Shown: positions 9,051 to 18,192, counted from the stretch's first letter. The stretch: DNA of 32,000 nucleotides from Methanobrevibacter sp. (GCF_045114555.1 NZ_JBGUKT010000018.1:1907-33906), one strand, 5' to 3'. Translations and numbers: made by a program. The notes: generated from the letters alone by a model not told the origin.

Positions 9051-9230
9051 TTACAATCGATTAAATAAAAAATGAAAAAAATATTTCATTCAAAAGCACT
9101 TGAATAAAAAAATAAAAATAATATAAAGTTTTATATTAAACCATTAATTTAATAGAGCTTGAAAAATTTATCGCCTCATTTAAAAATGTTAAATAAATTG
9201 AATATTCACAAAATATTTCTTTCATTATTT

Positions 9231-9255
9231 TATATAAAACTATTATTATATAAAT
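9231..9255 (-). promoter_or_regulatory. Conserved dual TATA-box block upstream of adhesin paralog 1
   Basis: Minus strand reads ATTTATATAATAATAGTTTTATATA, which contains two archaeal TTTATATA-type boxes. The 25 nt are identical upstream of paralog 2 (14838-14862), while most of the surrounding intergenic DNA has diverged. Confidence 0.4.
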
Positions 9256-9326
9256 GTATATAGCTTAAAAAATCCTGAAAAAATATATCGAAATGTTCAA
9301 TTATGATATGGAAATTAGATTAATGT

Positions 9327-9365
9327 AAAAAAAGAAAAATGTGAAGACGTATTATTTACGTCTTC
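9327..9365 (-). terminator. Hairpin plus oligo-T terminator of adhesin paralog 2, with the stop codon in the loop
   Basis: Same GAAGACGT-AAATAAT-ACGTCTTC hairpin (9343-9350/9358-9365) followed by ACATTTTTCTTTTTTT on the minus strand. Confidence 0.6.
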
Positions 9366-12300
9366 TTCCTAAATTTGTAGATATTATCATAACAAATGCC
9401 AATAAAACAAGCAATATTGGATTACCTGTTTTTGCTAATGCAGGTTCAACAGCACCAGCTGGATTTACATCCTCACCACTGCCATTATCCGGAACAGTTT
9501 CATTGTTAATGTCAGGGCCATTGTATGGATCTGTCTCATTAAAAATGTCAGTTTCATTGTCTGGTTCTGTCTCGTTGTTGTTTTCAGCTTCTGTAACAGC
9601 AACTATTTCAGAGGTTGCCTCATCGTTGGATGAATTGACATCATTTCCATTAACGCTTACAGTAGCGGAGTTTGAGTAATTTCCTGCATTGTCAATCTTG
9701 ACAGTGACAGTTAACTTAACGCTGGACCCATTGGATAATTCGCCAACAGACCATACTCCACTATCTGCACTATAATCATCTGAAGATGCAGAAACAAATG
9801 TAAAATCAGCCAATTTACTGTCAGTAACCTTTACACCGCTTGCATCATTAGGACCATTGTTAGTTATGGTAATTGTATATGTTACTTCATCCCCGACATT
9901 TATTTCTGTCTTGTCGACTGAAATGTCAATTGCCAAGTCAGAAGCTGGATCAACGGTAAGTTCAGTTGAATAGTCCTCGCTTGCCTTAAGCTCATTTGCT
10001 GAAACAGTGGATTTCAATTCCTTGGTTCCAACGAAGTTAGCCTTTGCAAGAATGGAAATGCTAGTTTCATCACCATTAGCCAAGTCTCCAACAGACCATT
10101 CGCCAGAAGATGAGTCATATCCTTGACTTGAAGCCATCAATCTATTCTTGGTTGAGAGATAATCAGAATCTGAAACATTGTCAGAAACATAAACCAAACC
10201 TTCTGGAAGAGTGTTTTTAACGAGTACGCCGCTTGCATCGTTAGGACCATTGTTCTTAACGGTAACGACCAGTTCTACGATGTCGTCATAATTTACTTCG
10301 TTGCTGGAAAGGCTTATGGATGCACTTAAATCTGCTACAGGTGTAGGGTTGACGACTGGAGAGCTTGCACTGCTATAGTCAACGCTTTCAACATAAGCGT
10401 CCACGCTATCGACTTTAGCACTTGAACTCAAAGGATCAAGAGTATTTACAGTTCCACCAATCTCCAATTTCGCAGTATCTCCTTCGTTAAGGCCATCTAT
10501 AGTCCATTGGCTGGTTTGAGAGTCATATGTTCCAACGCTAGGAGTGATGGTCATGCCGTCCAAGCCTTCCGGTACAGTGACATTGATTACCAAATTAGTT
10601 GCATCAGACGGACCGTTGTTAGTCACGCTTGTAGCGAATCCGATTGAATCGCCGAAATCAGGACTTGTATTGTTTACTTCACTGCTCACAACCAAATTGA
10701 CAACAGCTTCAACAAGAACTGAATCTGAACTAGCTTTATCATTGGAGTCATTTAAGTCCTTTTCGTTAGCGCTGACAGATGCAGTGTTTGCTATAGTGCC
10801 ATTGCCTATAAGCTTGGTTACTAAAACCAACTCTTTAGATTCCTTGCTTGCTAAGTTTCCAACTGTCCAAACGCCATTGAAATCAATTCCATTGCCGTCA
10901 ACTGTAGCGGAAACAAGCTCAACAAGATTAGAAAGCTCATCACTTACATTTATGCCAGTTGCAGTGCAAGGACCATTATTGGTTACACTGATAGTGTACT
11001 TAATGGTATCTCCAACTTTAGCGCTTGTTGAATTAACCGCTTTGCTAATGCTTAAATCAACAACAGGAACAGCACTGACAGAATCAGATTTAACTGCATT
11101 GTCCTTTGTATTGCTATCAAACTCTTTGGAAGTAACATTAACCTCATTGGTCAATGAATCCAAGGAATTAACAGTAGCATACAAGGTCAAAGACACTTTA
11201 CTGCCAGAGTCAATGCTCGCTATTTCCCATACACCATTTCCTACATAAGTATCATCTGCTGAACTTACATTCATACCACTAGGAACGGTATCTGTTACAA
11301 CCACATTAGTAGCAGTATTCGGACCATTATTGGTTACAGTAATTGTGTAAGTGACAGTATCTGCATAATAAGGAGTCTGATTGTTTACAGTCTTGACAAT
11401 AGCCAAATCAACTAGAGGATGAACCTTGACCAATACTTCAGTACTGCTAGAGTAATAGTCATCGTTTCCAGCAAAGCTTACTGTGATATTGGCCTCACCA
11501 ACGCCCTTAGCGACCATATTTCCATCTTCATCAACTGTAACAACGCTTTCATTGCTGGAAGCATAATCCAATTCTCCAGCATTTGAAGGATCTAAAGAAG
11601 CGCCCATATTAACTTGATCATTTACATGCAAATCAAATGTATCATTCACTTCAATTGATGTCTGTACCCTGGAATTAACAACTGTGATTAGAACTGTTGC
11701 ACTTGAAGGAGCATAGATCTCATCTCCAGCAAATCTGACAGTGACATTGGCTTTGCCTATGCCTTTAGGAATCAAATTTCCATTGCCATCAACTGTGACT
11801 ATGCTTTCATTTCCGCTTTCAAAAGTTAAGCTTCCAGCTCCATGCGGATTTAAGGTTGCAACAATAGAACCTAAACCATCAGCAAATAAATTTACTGTTT
11901 TAGGAGCATCAATGCTGGTTGGAATGAGAACATTTACAGTTACTTCCTTGCTTGAAAGATTATGATTGGCATCAACGACAGTGGTTAGATTAACAGAATA
12001 CTTGCCTGAATCCAATCCGCTTATTATGACCTTATCATCACTTACAGCAAAGGTGTAATCAGTGCCGTTTTCCAATATGGAATTGCCTTTTTTAATGCTA
12101 GTTACGGTTACTGTACCATTTACTGCAGTGTAGTTCAATTCAGCATCACTGCCATTGAGGATAGTTGTTCCATTTGCATCAAGACTGGAAGCCGCCTTAT
12201 AGACATTGAATGAAGTCCTATTGCGTGAATACATATAAGGCGCACCATCTGCATCATTGGTAAACTGAACATAAGCACCATATCCATCCTTTGCATCAAG

Positions 12301-14670
12301 CAAAGCAGGAATTTGTATGACTTTACCATTCAATTCATTTTTAGATACGCTGACCTTATAAGCCAATACATTGCCTTTGCTGACATCATCATTGGTAAAT
12401 GTAACGTCATAGCTTGAATTTGCAATGTAAATAGTGTAATCTCCTGAAACATTTGTGCTTAAATTAACAACAAGATCTTCGCCATAAACCGCATCGGCAA
12501 CATCAATCTTAAGAGTATTCTTTTTGTAATCACTCTGTCTTAAATCAAGGGTATGCCATATATAATTTGATTGAGTGTAATAACTATCATCTGGATGAAT
12601 TACTACATATGTATATGTAGTCTTTCCAAATGGGGCAGACTTATACTCATCAAAGACAACTTGGCCATTGATATTGGTTGCTTTTGTAAAAGTTAGCGTT
12701 TGACCTGAAGCTGTTAGACCTATAGTAATGTTTATGCCTGCTTCCTTATTGCTTTTTATAGGAGAGTCGCTAGATACTAGTGAACCATCCCAATAAGTTA
12801 CATTCTGGAAATTAACTTTGGCAGAATCACCAGTTTTAATAGCATTCATATAATCTTCATTTCCTGTAAAAGTATAGATTTTAGCATCTGATTGGGAAGT
12901 CTCAGTAAGACTTGTAGTATTTGCCTTATTGTTTATGAATGTAGAATTTGCAATAAGGTTCAGATTATGAAGAATCGCTATTGCACCACCATAAACTGCA
13001 GAATTATGCTCAAAGGTAGAATTTGCAATTACAGCCTTTTTTGAAGTATCATTCATCCAGTATATAGCACCGCCGTAAATAGCATAGTTTGCATTAAAGC
13101 TACAGTTTACAATGCTAGAGGAATCAGGAGTATCTTCAATATAGATAGCTCCACCAAAACCTACATAATTATCATCTACTCTATTATTCTCAAATAGTGA
13201 ATCGGATATTTGGCAATTCTTACCGTAAAAAAAGATGGCCCCTCCCCTTTGTCCAACATGATTGTTAATAAATCGGGAGTTTTCCACTACAATACTGGCA
13301 CTATCAGACCATGTATAAATGGCAGCACCATAATTTTTTGCATAATTATTGTCAAATATGGAATTATTTATTACTAAATTTTTAGATTGTGCAGCAATGG
13401 CCCCTTCACTACCTGCATTATTCCTCAAGAAAGTACAATTATCTATAGTGAAAGAGCTGATAGAATATATAGCACTCCCAGTTGCAGCACTATTTTCTAC
13501 AAATTTAGAATTAATAATGCTACCTCCGTTTAGCCGTTTAAAAATGGCTCCACCTCTAGAGGTACCATCACTACCGATCACCCTATTATTCTCAAAATAA
13601 CAAGTTGAAATGACACCGTTTCCATCATCCTCCCATTCTATAGCGCCACCCGCTTTACCGGCAGAATTATTCTTAAAGGAACAATTGAAAATATAGAGAT
13701 CATCAGCAGTAACAATATTAATAGCAGCAGCATATGTAATTGCCACATTATTTAAGAAATTGCAATTTAATATATTATTATTATTACCTTTTATTAAATA
13801 TATGCAGCTACCAGTGGAACCTGTGGCACGACCATTATCACGACCATAATTGCTATCAAAAGTACAATTTAAAATAGTGGAATATGAAGACTGTAGATAT
13901 ATTGCACCTCCATTATATGCAGAATTGTTTGCAAATACACAATTTTCAATATGTTGATTACTAGTTTTAGAGGCATAATAAATTGCTCCTCCACGAAAAT
14001 CCAGTTCATAAGTAGAAATGGCAGAATTATATTTAAAGGCACAATTCTTTATAATACCATTGCTGCCACCCCAATAAATAGCACCTCCATGTGGATCCTC
14101 ATTCTCCTCAACTTCACCACTATAAAATTCGATGTTGATTAAGGTTACATCATTTGCAGTGATATAAAACATACGAGAAAGAACTTGTGCATATAAAAAT
14201 ACATGTTTATTTTCAAAACTGGAGTTTCCTATTATTGTAATGGGCTTATTAATAGTTATATGGGTTCCGGATCCAGTATACATATTATTAGCATTACCTC
14301 CATTTAAATAAATAGTGTCTCCAGAGTCTGCACGGTCGATTGCATCTTGAATATCTTTAAAGGTAGTTCCGCCTACACTGATATCCTTGCCCAATTTAGA
14401 GCTTTGCAAACTGGAAGAATTCTTAATCAGATCATCCTCTAAATAATCATCCGGGGAAGCATTAGTTGAATCTTGATTAGCAATTGCAACATCATCTATG
14501 CCAGTTATAGGTTCTTCATCAATTGATACATCCTGAGTGCTTAAATCTGCATCAATGGAAGAATCTTGAATTGCTAAACTGCCTGTATCTTCAGCTGAAA
14601 CATTAGATAAAAAGATTAGAATACTGAAAATAATTACAATACCGAGTAACTGTTTCCTTTTGCTATTCGT
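9352..14670 (-). CDS. Giant adhesin-like surface protein, paralog 2 (signal peptide, expanded PMP beta-helix region, 2 Big_2-like domains, 5 DUF11 repeats, LAKTG-TM-RRRK tail)
   Basis: The uninterrupted minus-strand frame has stop TAA at 9352-9354. The ORF track extends it to ATG 14724, but that extension (MKYFSHLLTQLIVKGGEK) reads through the conserved AAGGAGGTG. The 5' end is set at the homologous ACG 14670, with ATG 14724 as the alternative. Signal peptide: KTNSKRKQLLGIVIIFSILIFLSNVSA/EDTG. Confidence 0.85.
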   Translation of the reverse strand, partial: TNSKRKQLLGIVIIFSILIFLSNVSAEDTGSLAIQDSSIDADLSTQDVSIDEEPITGIDDVAIANQDSTNASPDDYLEDDLIKNSSSLQSSKLGKDISVGGTTFKDIQDAIDRADSGDTIYLNGGNANNMYTGSGTHITINKPITIIGNSSFENKHVFLYAQVLSRMFYITANDVTLINIEFYSGEVEENEDPHGGAIYWGGSNGIIKNCAFKYNSAISTYELDFRGGAIYYASKTSNQHIENCVFANNSAYNGGAIYLQSSYSTILNCTFDSNYGRDNGRATGSTGSCIYLIKGNNNNILNCNFLNNVAITYAAAINIVTADDLYIFNCSFKNNSAGKAGGAIEWEDDGNGVISTCYFENNRVIGSDGTSRGGAIFKRLNGGSIINSKFVENSAATGSAIYSISSFTIDNCTFLRNNAGSEGAIAAQSKNLVINNSIFDNNYAKNYGAAIYTWSDSASIVVENSRFINNHVGQRGGAIFFYGKNCQISDSLFENNRVDDNYVGFGGAIYIEDTPDSSSIVNCSFNANYAIYGGAIYWMNDTSKKAVIANSTFEHNSAVYGGAIAILHNLNLIANSTFINNKANTTSLTETSQSDAKIYTFTGNEDYMNAIKTGDSAKVNFQNVTYWDGSLVSSDSPIKSNKEAGINITIGLTASGQTLTFTKATNINGQVVFDEYKSAPFGKTTYTYVVIHPDDSYYTQSNYIWHTLDLRQSDYKKNTLKIDVADAVYGEDLVVNLSTNVSGDYTIYIANSSYDVTFTNDDVSKGNVLAYKVSVSKNELNGKVIQIPALLDAKDGYGAYVQFTNDADGAPYMYSRNRTSFNVYKAASSLDANGTTILNGSDAELNYTAVNGTVTVTSIKKGNSILENGTDYTFAVSDDKVIISGLDSGKYSVNLTTVVDANHNLSSKEVTVNVLIPTSIDAPKTVNLFADGLGSIVATLNPHGAGSLTFESGNESIVTVDGNGNLIPKGIGKANVTVRFAGDEIYAPSSATVLITVVNSRVQTSIEVNDTFDLHVNDQVNMGASLDPSNAGELDYASSNESVVTVDEDGNMVAKGVGEANITVSFAGNDDYYSSSTEVLVKVHPLVDLAIVKTVNNQTPYYADTVTYTITVTNNGPNTATNVVVTDTVPSGMNVSSADDTYVGNGVWEIASIDSGSKVSLTLYATVNSLDSLTNEVNVTSKEFDSNTKDNAVKSDSVSAVPVVDLSISKAVNSTSAKVGDTIKYTISVTNNGPCTATGINVSDELSNLVELVSATVDGNGIDFNGVWTVGNLASKESKELVLVTKLIGNGTIANTASVSANEKDLNDSNDKASSDSVLVEAVVNLVVSSEVNNTSPDFGDSIGFATSVTNNGPSDATNLVINVTVPEGLDGMTITPSVGTYDSQTSQWTIDGLNEGDTAKLEIGGTVNTLDPLSSSAKVDSVDAYVESVDYSSASSPVVNPTPVADLSASISLSSNEVNYDDIVELVVTVKNNGPNDASGVLVKNTLPEGLVYVSDNVSDSDYLSTKNRLMASSQGYDSSSGEWSVGDLANGDETSISILAKANFVGTKELKSTVSANELKASEDYSTELTVDPASDLAIDISVDKTEINVGDEVTYTITITNNGPNDASGVKVTDSKLADFTFVSASSDDYSADSGVWSVGELSNGSSVKLTVTVKIDNAGNYSNSATVSVNGNDVNSSNDEATSEIVAVTEAENNNETEPDNETDIFNETDPYNGPDINNETVPDNGSGEDVNPAGAVEPALAKTGNPILLVLLAFVMIISTNLGRRRK
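9355..9438 (-). other. C-terminal LPXTG-like sorting signal of paralog 2
   Basis: EPALAKTGNPILLVLLAFVMIISTNLGRRRK-stop. It has the same length and architecture as paralog 1. Confidence 0.6.
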
Positions 14671-14675
14671 TTTTT

Positions 14676-14684
14676 CACCTCCTT
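14676..14684 (-). promoter_or_regulatory. Shine-Dalgarno AAGGAGGTG of adhesin paralog 2
   Basis: Identical to 9042-9050 and followed by the same AAAAA-ACG-AA(T/A)-AGC-AAA-AGG-AAA sequence. Confidence 0.6.
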
Positions 14685-14837
14685 TTACAATCAATTGAGT
14701 TAAAAGATGAGAAAAATATTTCATTCAAAAGTTCCTGCATAAAAAAATAAGTACAGAAAAAAAATTTTATATATTGAATTATTGAAATTTATGAAAAATC
14801 AAATAATTAAAAATGATAAATGTCTTTTTCAATATTG

Positions 14838-14862
14838 TATATAAAACTATTATTATATAAAT
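14838..14862 (-). promoter_or_regulatory. Conserved dual TATA-box block upstream of adhesin paralog 2
   Basis: The 25 nt are identical to 9231-9255. Confidence 0.4.
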
Positions 14863-14986
14863 CTATATATTTGAAAAATGTCTTAAGTTAAAATAATTGA
14901 ATTTAAAAAACAAGTGAATGAAAAGCAATGCAAAAAAGTTTTTTTAAAAATTAAAAATTGAAAATAAAAATCTATTATGAATTTAA

Positions 14987-15487
14987 TTAGAACTTATCTA
15001 AACAGATTCCATCAACTGCCTTTATCTCGCCATTGCATTTTGGACACTTGTTCCTTGATAAAATATACCTTGAAACAATGCTGTTGCAGTTTGGACAATG
15101 GTAGTCCCTGTTTGAATAGAAGTTCCAATACAAGCCCACAATGTAAAAATCATCCTTTAAATCTGTGTCCTTTATAAAGGGCTTTAGAGTCTTGTTGTCT
15201 ATTCTTTTGTCCTTTGCCAATTTTTCTATCTTTTCGATTGCACTATCCTGATTGTACGGCTCTTTTATATTGGATATGACATAGATCTTTATCTTCTTGT
15301 CACATCCTGTGCAGTAGGTTTCATAAATGTCTCCGGATATTCTTGAATTCAAGTCCAGATCCATGGTTGTGCTAAGTAGAATATATTCCTCTATATTGCC
15401 TTCATCATTTAGGCAGAACAACAATGGCCCCTGGTCTTTCCATCTGAAACCACAGTCTTCACATTCAAAATAATCTATTGATGGCAT
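14987..15487 (-). CDS. Hypothetical protein with four CxxC pairs (two putative zinc ribbons)
   Basis: ATG 15487 is preceded by AAAGGT plus 7 nt. The CxxC pairs are CEDC (res 9-12), CTGC (59-62), CPNC (131-134) and CPKC (148-151). I recognise no family. Confidence 0.6.
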   Translation of the reverse strand: MPSIDYFECEDCGFRWKDQGPLLFCLNDEGNIEEYILLSTTMDLDLNSRISGDIYETYCTGCDKKIKIYVISNIKEPYNQDSAIEKIEKLAKDKRIDNKTLKPFIKDTDLKDDFYIVGLYWNFYSNRDYHCPNCNSIVSRYILSRNKCPKCNGEIKAVDGICLDKF

Positions 15488-15828
15488 GATTAAACCTTTG
15501 AGACTTTTGATATTTATTTTTTAATGATCGAATAAGCTAGATTTTCTTTAAAGACTTAACAGATTAAATATAATATTATAAAAAGACTTAATATTATAAC
15601 GAAATGAGAGCAATTTTATAATATGAAATCAATATTATAACAGTTTAATCATAATTTAACGAAAAAAGACACCTAGATAAATATTTCGAGGCCAATAAGA
15701 GAATAAAAAAATAATGCTATTCACCACAAATAAAAATACTTCAAAGAAAAGTTGGTTTAAATACGAATGAAATCTAGGGCTAAAAAACTTTAAAATTGAG
15801 ATGAATAAAAAGAAAAAAAGTAAATTTT

Positions 15829-15872
15829 GGATTTGATTTGAGATTTGATTTATTTGATTTGATTTGAATTTG
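15829..15872. repeat. Degenerate pentanucleotide microsatellite (GATTT)n
   Basis: The sequence ggatttgatttgagatttgatttatttgatttgatttgaatttg lies just 3' of the mtd terminator. Confidence 0.7.
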
Positions 15873-15876
15873 TTTT

Positions 15877-15916
15877 AAAAAAGAAAAAAGAAAAATAAGT
15901 AGCTGAAAAGCTACTT
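15877..15916 (-). terminator. mtd terminator (7 bp hairpin plus oligo-T)
   Basis: On the minus strand, 13 nt after the stop, the sequence reads AAGTAGC-TTTTCA-GCTACTT followed by ATTTTTCTTTTTTCTTTTTT. Confidence 0.6.
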
Positions 15917-15928
15917 AATCCTCGACAC

Positions 15929-16759
15929 TTATTCTGGTTTGCTGATTAAATCAAGTTTGCAACCAACGTTACCTTCTTTCATGTGAGGGGTTCTTAATAC
16001 AGTGTCGTTGGATTTTTCAATTTCTCTTGCTTCAGCTGCTAATGCAGCAGCACATGCAGCCATTTCGTGAGCAGCAGCTACTAAAGGAATGAAGTTTTCG
16101 AATCCTTTGGTCATGAAACAACCTTTCATGTCTAAACCTGCTACAGCGCCAGCCATTTCGTATGCAGCAATAGCTTTTGCTTTTGCGTATGGGTTTTGGA
16201 ATTTAGCAGCTTCTACAGCTTTTTCAGCAGTTACAATGAGTTTAGGTAATTCGATTTCGTTACCTGCTTCAACAGCTTCGATTACACCGTCAATGGTTTT
16301 TTGTACTAATCTTAAAGCACCGGTTTCAGCTAATACCTTAATGATGTCAGCGTTGAAAATAGCCATTTCAGTTGGGTCTAACCATTCTCTTTTTGCACCG
16401 ATCATTGGGTCTGCCATAACAATAATGTAACCTAAACCTTGTTCGTCCATTTCGTCTTTCTTACCTTTACCAGGAGCGTCACCAATGATAATAGCAGGAA
16501 TATCTTCTGCAGATAATAATTCTCTTGCTCTAGCAGGACCAGGTGCTGCTGGGTTTGGGCTAATGAAAATACAGAAATCTGGGTCGAATTGTTTGAACTT
16601 AGGTACAACGTCTTCGACTTGTTCAGGGTTCATTTTTGCTCCAGATCCAAATACTCTTACGTCGATGTTTGGTCTGTCTGCTCTTTCGTCTAATAATAAA
16701 TCTAATATTGGTGAAGTACCAATATTACCACTTCTTAATATAGCGATTTTAACTACCAT
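15929..16759 (-). CDS. mtd: F420-dependent methylenetetrahydromethanopterin dehydrogenase
   Basis: MVVKIAILRSGNIGTSPILDLLLDERADRPNIDVRV...ISPNPAAPGP...ADPMIGAKREWLDPTEMA...HEMAA...AREIEKSNDTVLRTPH is recognisably Mtd over its full length (276 aa). The start is ATG 16759. The ORF-track extension to 16816 is AT-rich read-through. Confidence 0.92.
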   Translation of the reverse strand: MVVKIAILRSGNIGTSPILDLLLDERADRPNIDVRVFGSGAKMNPEQVEDVVPKFKQFDPDFCIFISPNPAAPGPARARELLSAEDIPAIIIGDAPGKGKKDEMDEQGLGYIIVMADPMIGAKREWLDPTEMAIFNADIIKVLAETGALRLVQKTIDGVIEAVEAGNEIELPKLIVTAEKAVEAAKFQNPYAKAKAIAAYEMAGAVAGLDMKGCFMTKGFENFIPLVAAAHEMAACAAALAAEAREIEKSNDTVLRTPHMKEGNVGCKLDLISKPE

Positions 16760-16982
16760 AATATCACAATAATATTTATAGTATTTGCTTATTATAAAGT
16801 TAATGTAAAAAAACAAATAAAAAACTTTATATATTAGAATAATTTTTTTTAAAATTTATGAAAAATTATTGAAAAAAATAAAGAACAGAAAGAAAGTATT
16901 TTGAGAAAAAAAGGAATATTTAAGCTAATCTAAAAAATTTTGAATCTTGAAAAAATTACCAAGATTTTAAAAAAAAATATAA

Positions 16983-17636
16983 TTATTCTTTTAGATAATT
17001 ATCAATTTTTTCACCAAAAATATTGTTGTAAAATTGAATGATGAAACCAACTGTAATAGCTGAAAAAATGGTTCCTTCACGAACCCCCTCAAGGTGGCCT
17101 ATGAATACCAATGCCAAAATGACACCAATACTTACAACAGTAACATCAAAAAATGGCTTGACCTTACCCCAATCCTTGTTCAGCACTTCACCTATCGCCA
17201 CTACAGCACCGTCTCCTGGAAGCATGGTAATGTCTGACTTTACTTCAATGACAAGCCCGAATGCAAGAACAAGGCAGCTTATTATAAGCAAAATCCATTG
17301 GATTATATAATTTGTTGGATTGATGAAGTCAATTAAACTTAAGTTAAAATCTATCATATAGCCAAATAGAATGCAGACAAGCATTTGAGCTATTTGTGAT
17401 AATGTGATTTTTCTCAAAAGCACCATTTGGAATATGACAAGCAAGGCATTGAAAAGTATTGTGAATTCTCCTACAGTCCAAGGAAAAGCAACAGCCAGAA
17501 CAGCAGGAATGCAGGATATAGGGGGAGTTCCTAAAGTGGACTTAAGAGATAATGCAATGCCTAAAGACATTATTGTCACCCCAAGAATAAGTAAAATGTA
17601 TCTGATAATTAATTTTTTATCCATCCTCATCTCCAT
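16983..17636 (-). CDS. YczE/YyaS/YitT-family integral membrane protein
   Basis: About 6 TM helices. The N-terminal GIALSLKSTLGTPPISCIP motif and a length near 215 aa are typical of YczE-like proteins. Three candidate ATGs exist (17636, 17630, 17624). Confidence 0.55.
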   Translation of the reverse strand: MEMRMDKKLIIRYILLILGVTIMSLGIALSLKSTLGTPPISCIPAVLAVAFPWTVGEFTILFNALLVIFQMVLLRKITLSQIAQMLVCILFGYMIDFNLSLIDFINPTNYIIQWILLIISCLVLAFGLVIEVKSDITMLPGDGAVVAIGEVLNKDWGKVKPFFDVTVVSIGVILALVFIGHLEGVREGTIFSAITVGFIIQFYNNIFGEKIDNYLKE

Positions 17637-17814
17637 TCTAAAACCTTTCCTACCAATTAAAAAAAATAGTATTCCATTTAAATTTAAAGGGATTATGATA
17701 TTTAAAATTTTTTGATGATTTATTTAAGTATTGTTTTGGTTTTCAATTTTTAAAATATTTAAATGATAAGAAATAAAAAATAATTAAAAAATACTAAAGT
17801 TTTAGGTGAATCAA

Positions 17815-18129
17815 TTGAAAAAAGTTAAGATTACTGTCATGAAAAAAGTTAGGCATGACGACTTGATTGAAAAGTATGAAAACCCATTGGAACATGAATG
17901 CGATGTTGAATGTGGAGATGTCTTCATAGCTAATGGTTGGGAAAAGCCAGAGAACTTCTGTCCTAGTGCATGGGAAGTCTTATCCCCATTTGTAATGGCT
18001 TTGGCTAATGGTGCAGAAGACCTTTATGATGGTTGGATGAAGAATAAGAAATCAGCGATGATCTCCTGCAATGATGGTTTCCGTCCTGTAAGCTTTTTGC
18101 TTGAAACCATGAAAGAAGATGCTGATTAA
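17815..18129 (+). CDS. TIGR04076-like small cysteine-containing protein
   Basis: MKKVKITVMKK...C.VECGDVFI....PENFCPSAW..L.....L.......W.......ISCNDGFRPVSFLLE resembles the TIGR04076 family as I remember it. I moved the start to TTG 17815, which lies 5 nt after AGGTGA. The ORF track used GTG 17806, which overlaps that SD. Confidence 0.55.
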   Translation: MKKVKITVMKKVRHDDLIEKYENPLEHECDVECGDVFIANGWEKPENFCPSAWEVLSPFVMALANGAEDLYDGWMKNKKSAMISCNDGFRPVSFLLETMKEDAD

Positions 18130-18192
18130 AAAAAGAAAATTGAAATTAAAAAAATTGAAAAGAAAAAAAGTTAAAAATTAGAGATAAAAAAA

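Noticed and set aside
9061-9089. Programmed -1 frameshifting on the T7/T6 runs of the paralog 1 leader, joining the upstream ATG to the adhesin frame.
   Set aside because: The adhesin frame itself has a TAA at 9061-9063, downstream of both T-runs. Any shift on those runs would therefore terminate. Only the non-slippery AATCGATTG remains between that stop and the uORF stop.
10544-11248. A 234 aa + strand ORF, plus other + strand ORFs at 4793-5014, 5144-5425, 7777-8046, 8233-8523, 9341-9679, 11741-11965, 13349-13600 and 13951-14142, and the off-frame - strand ORF at 12135-12329. All lie inside the adhesin genes.
   Set aside because: They are antisense or off-frame shadows of the long minus-strand adhesin frames. 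Their products are low-complexity S/T/L/P-rich strings, they lack SD sequences, and the sense frame carries clear domain repeats. Biased codon usage in repeat proteins often leaves the opposite strand free of stops.
16089-16772. + strand ORFs 16089-16430 and 16485-16772.
   Set aside because: They are antisense to the unambiguous mtd gene, and their A/S/T-rich products come from the reverse complement of Ala-rich codons.
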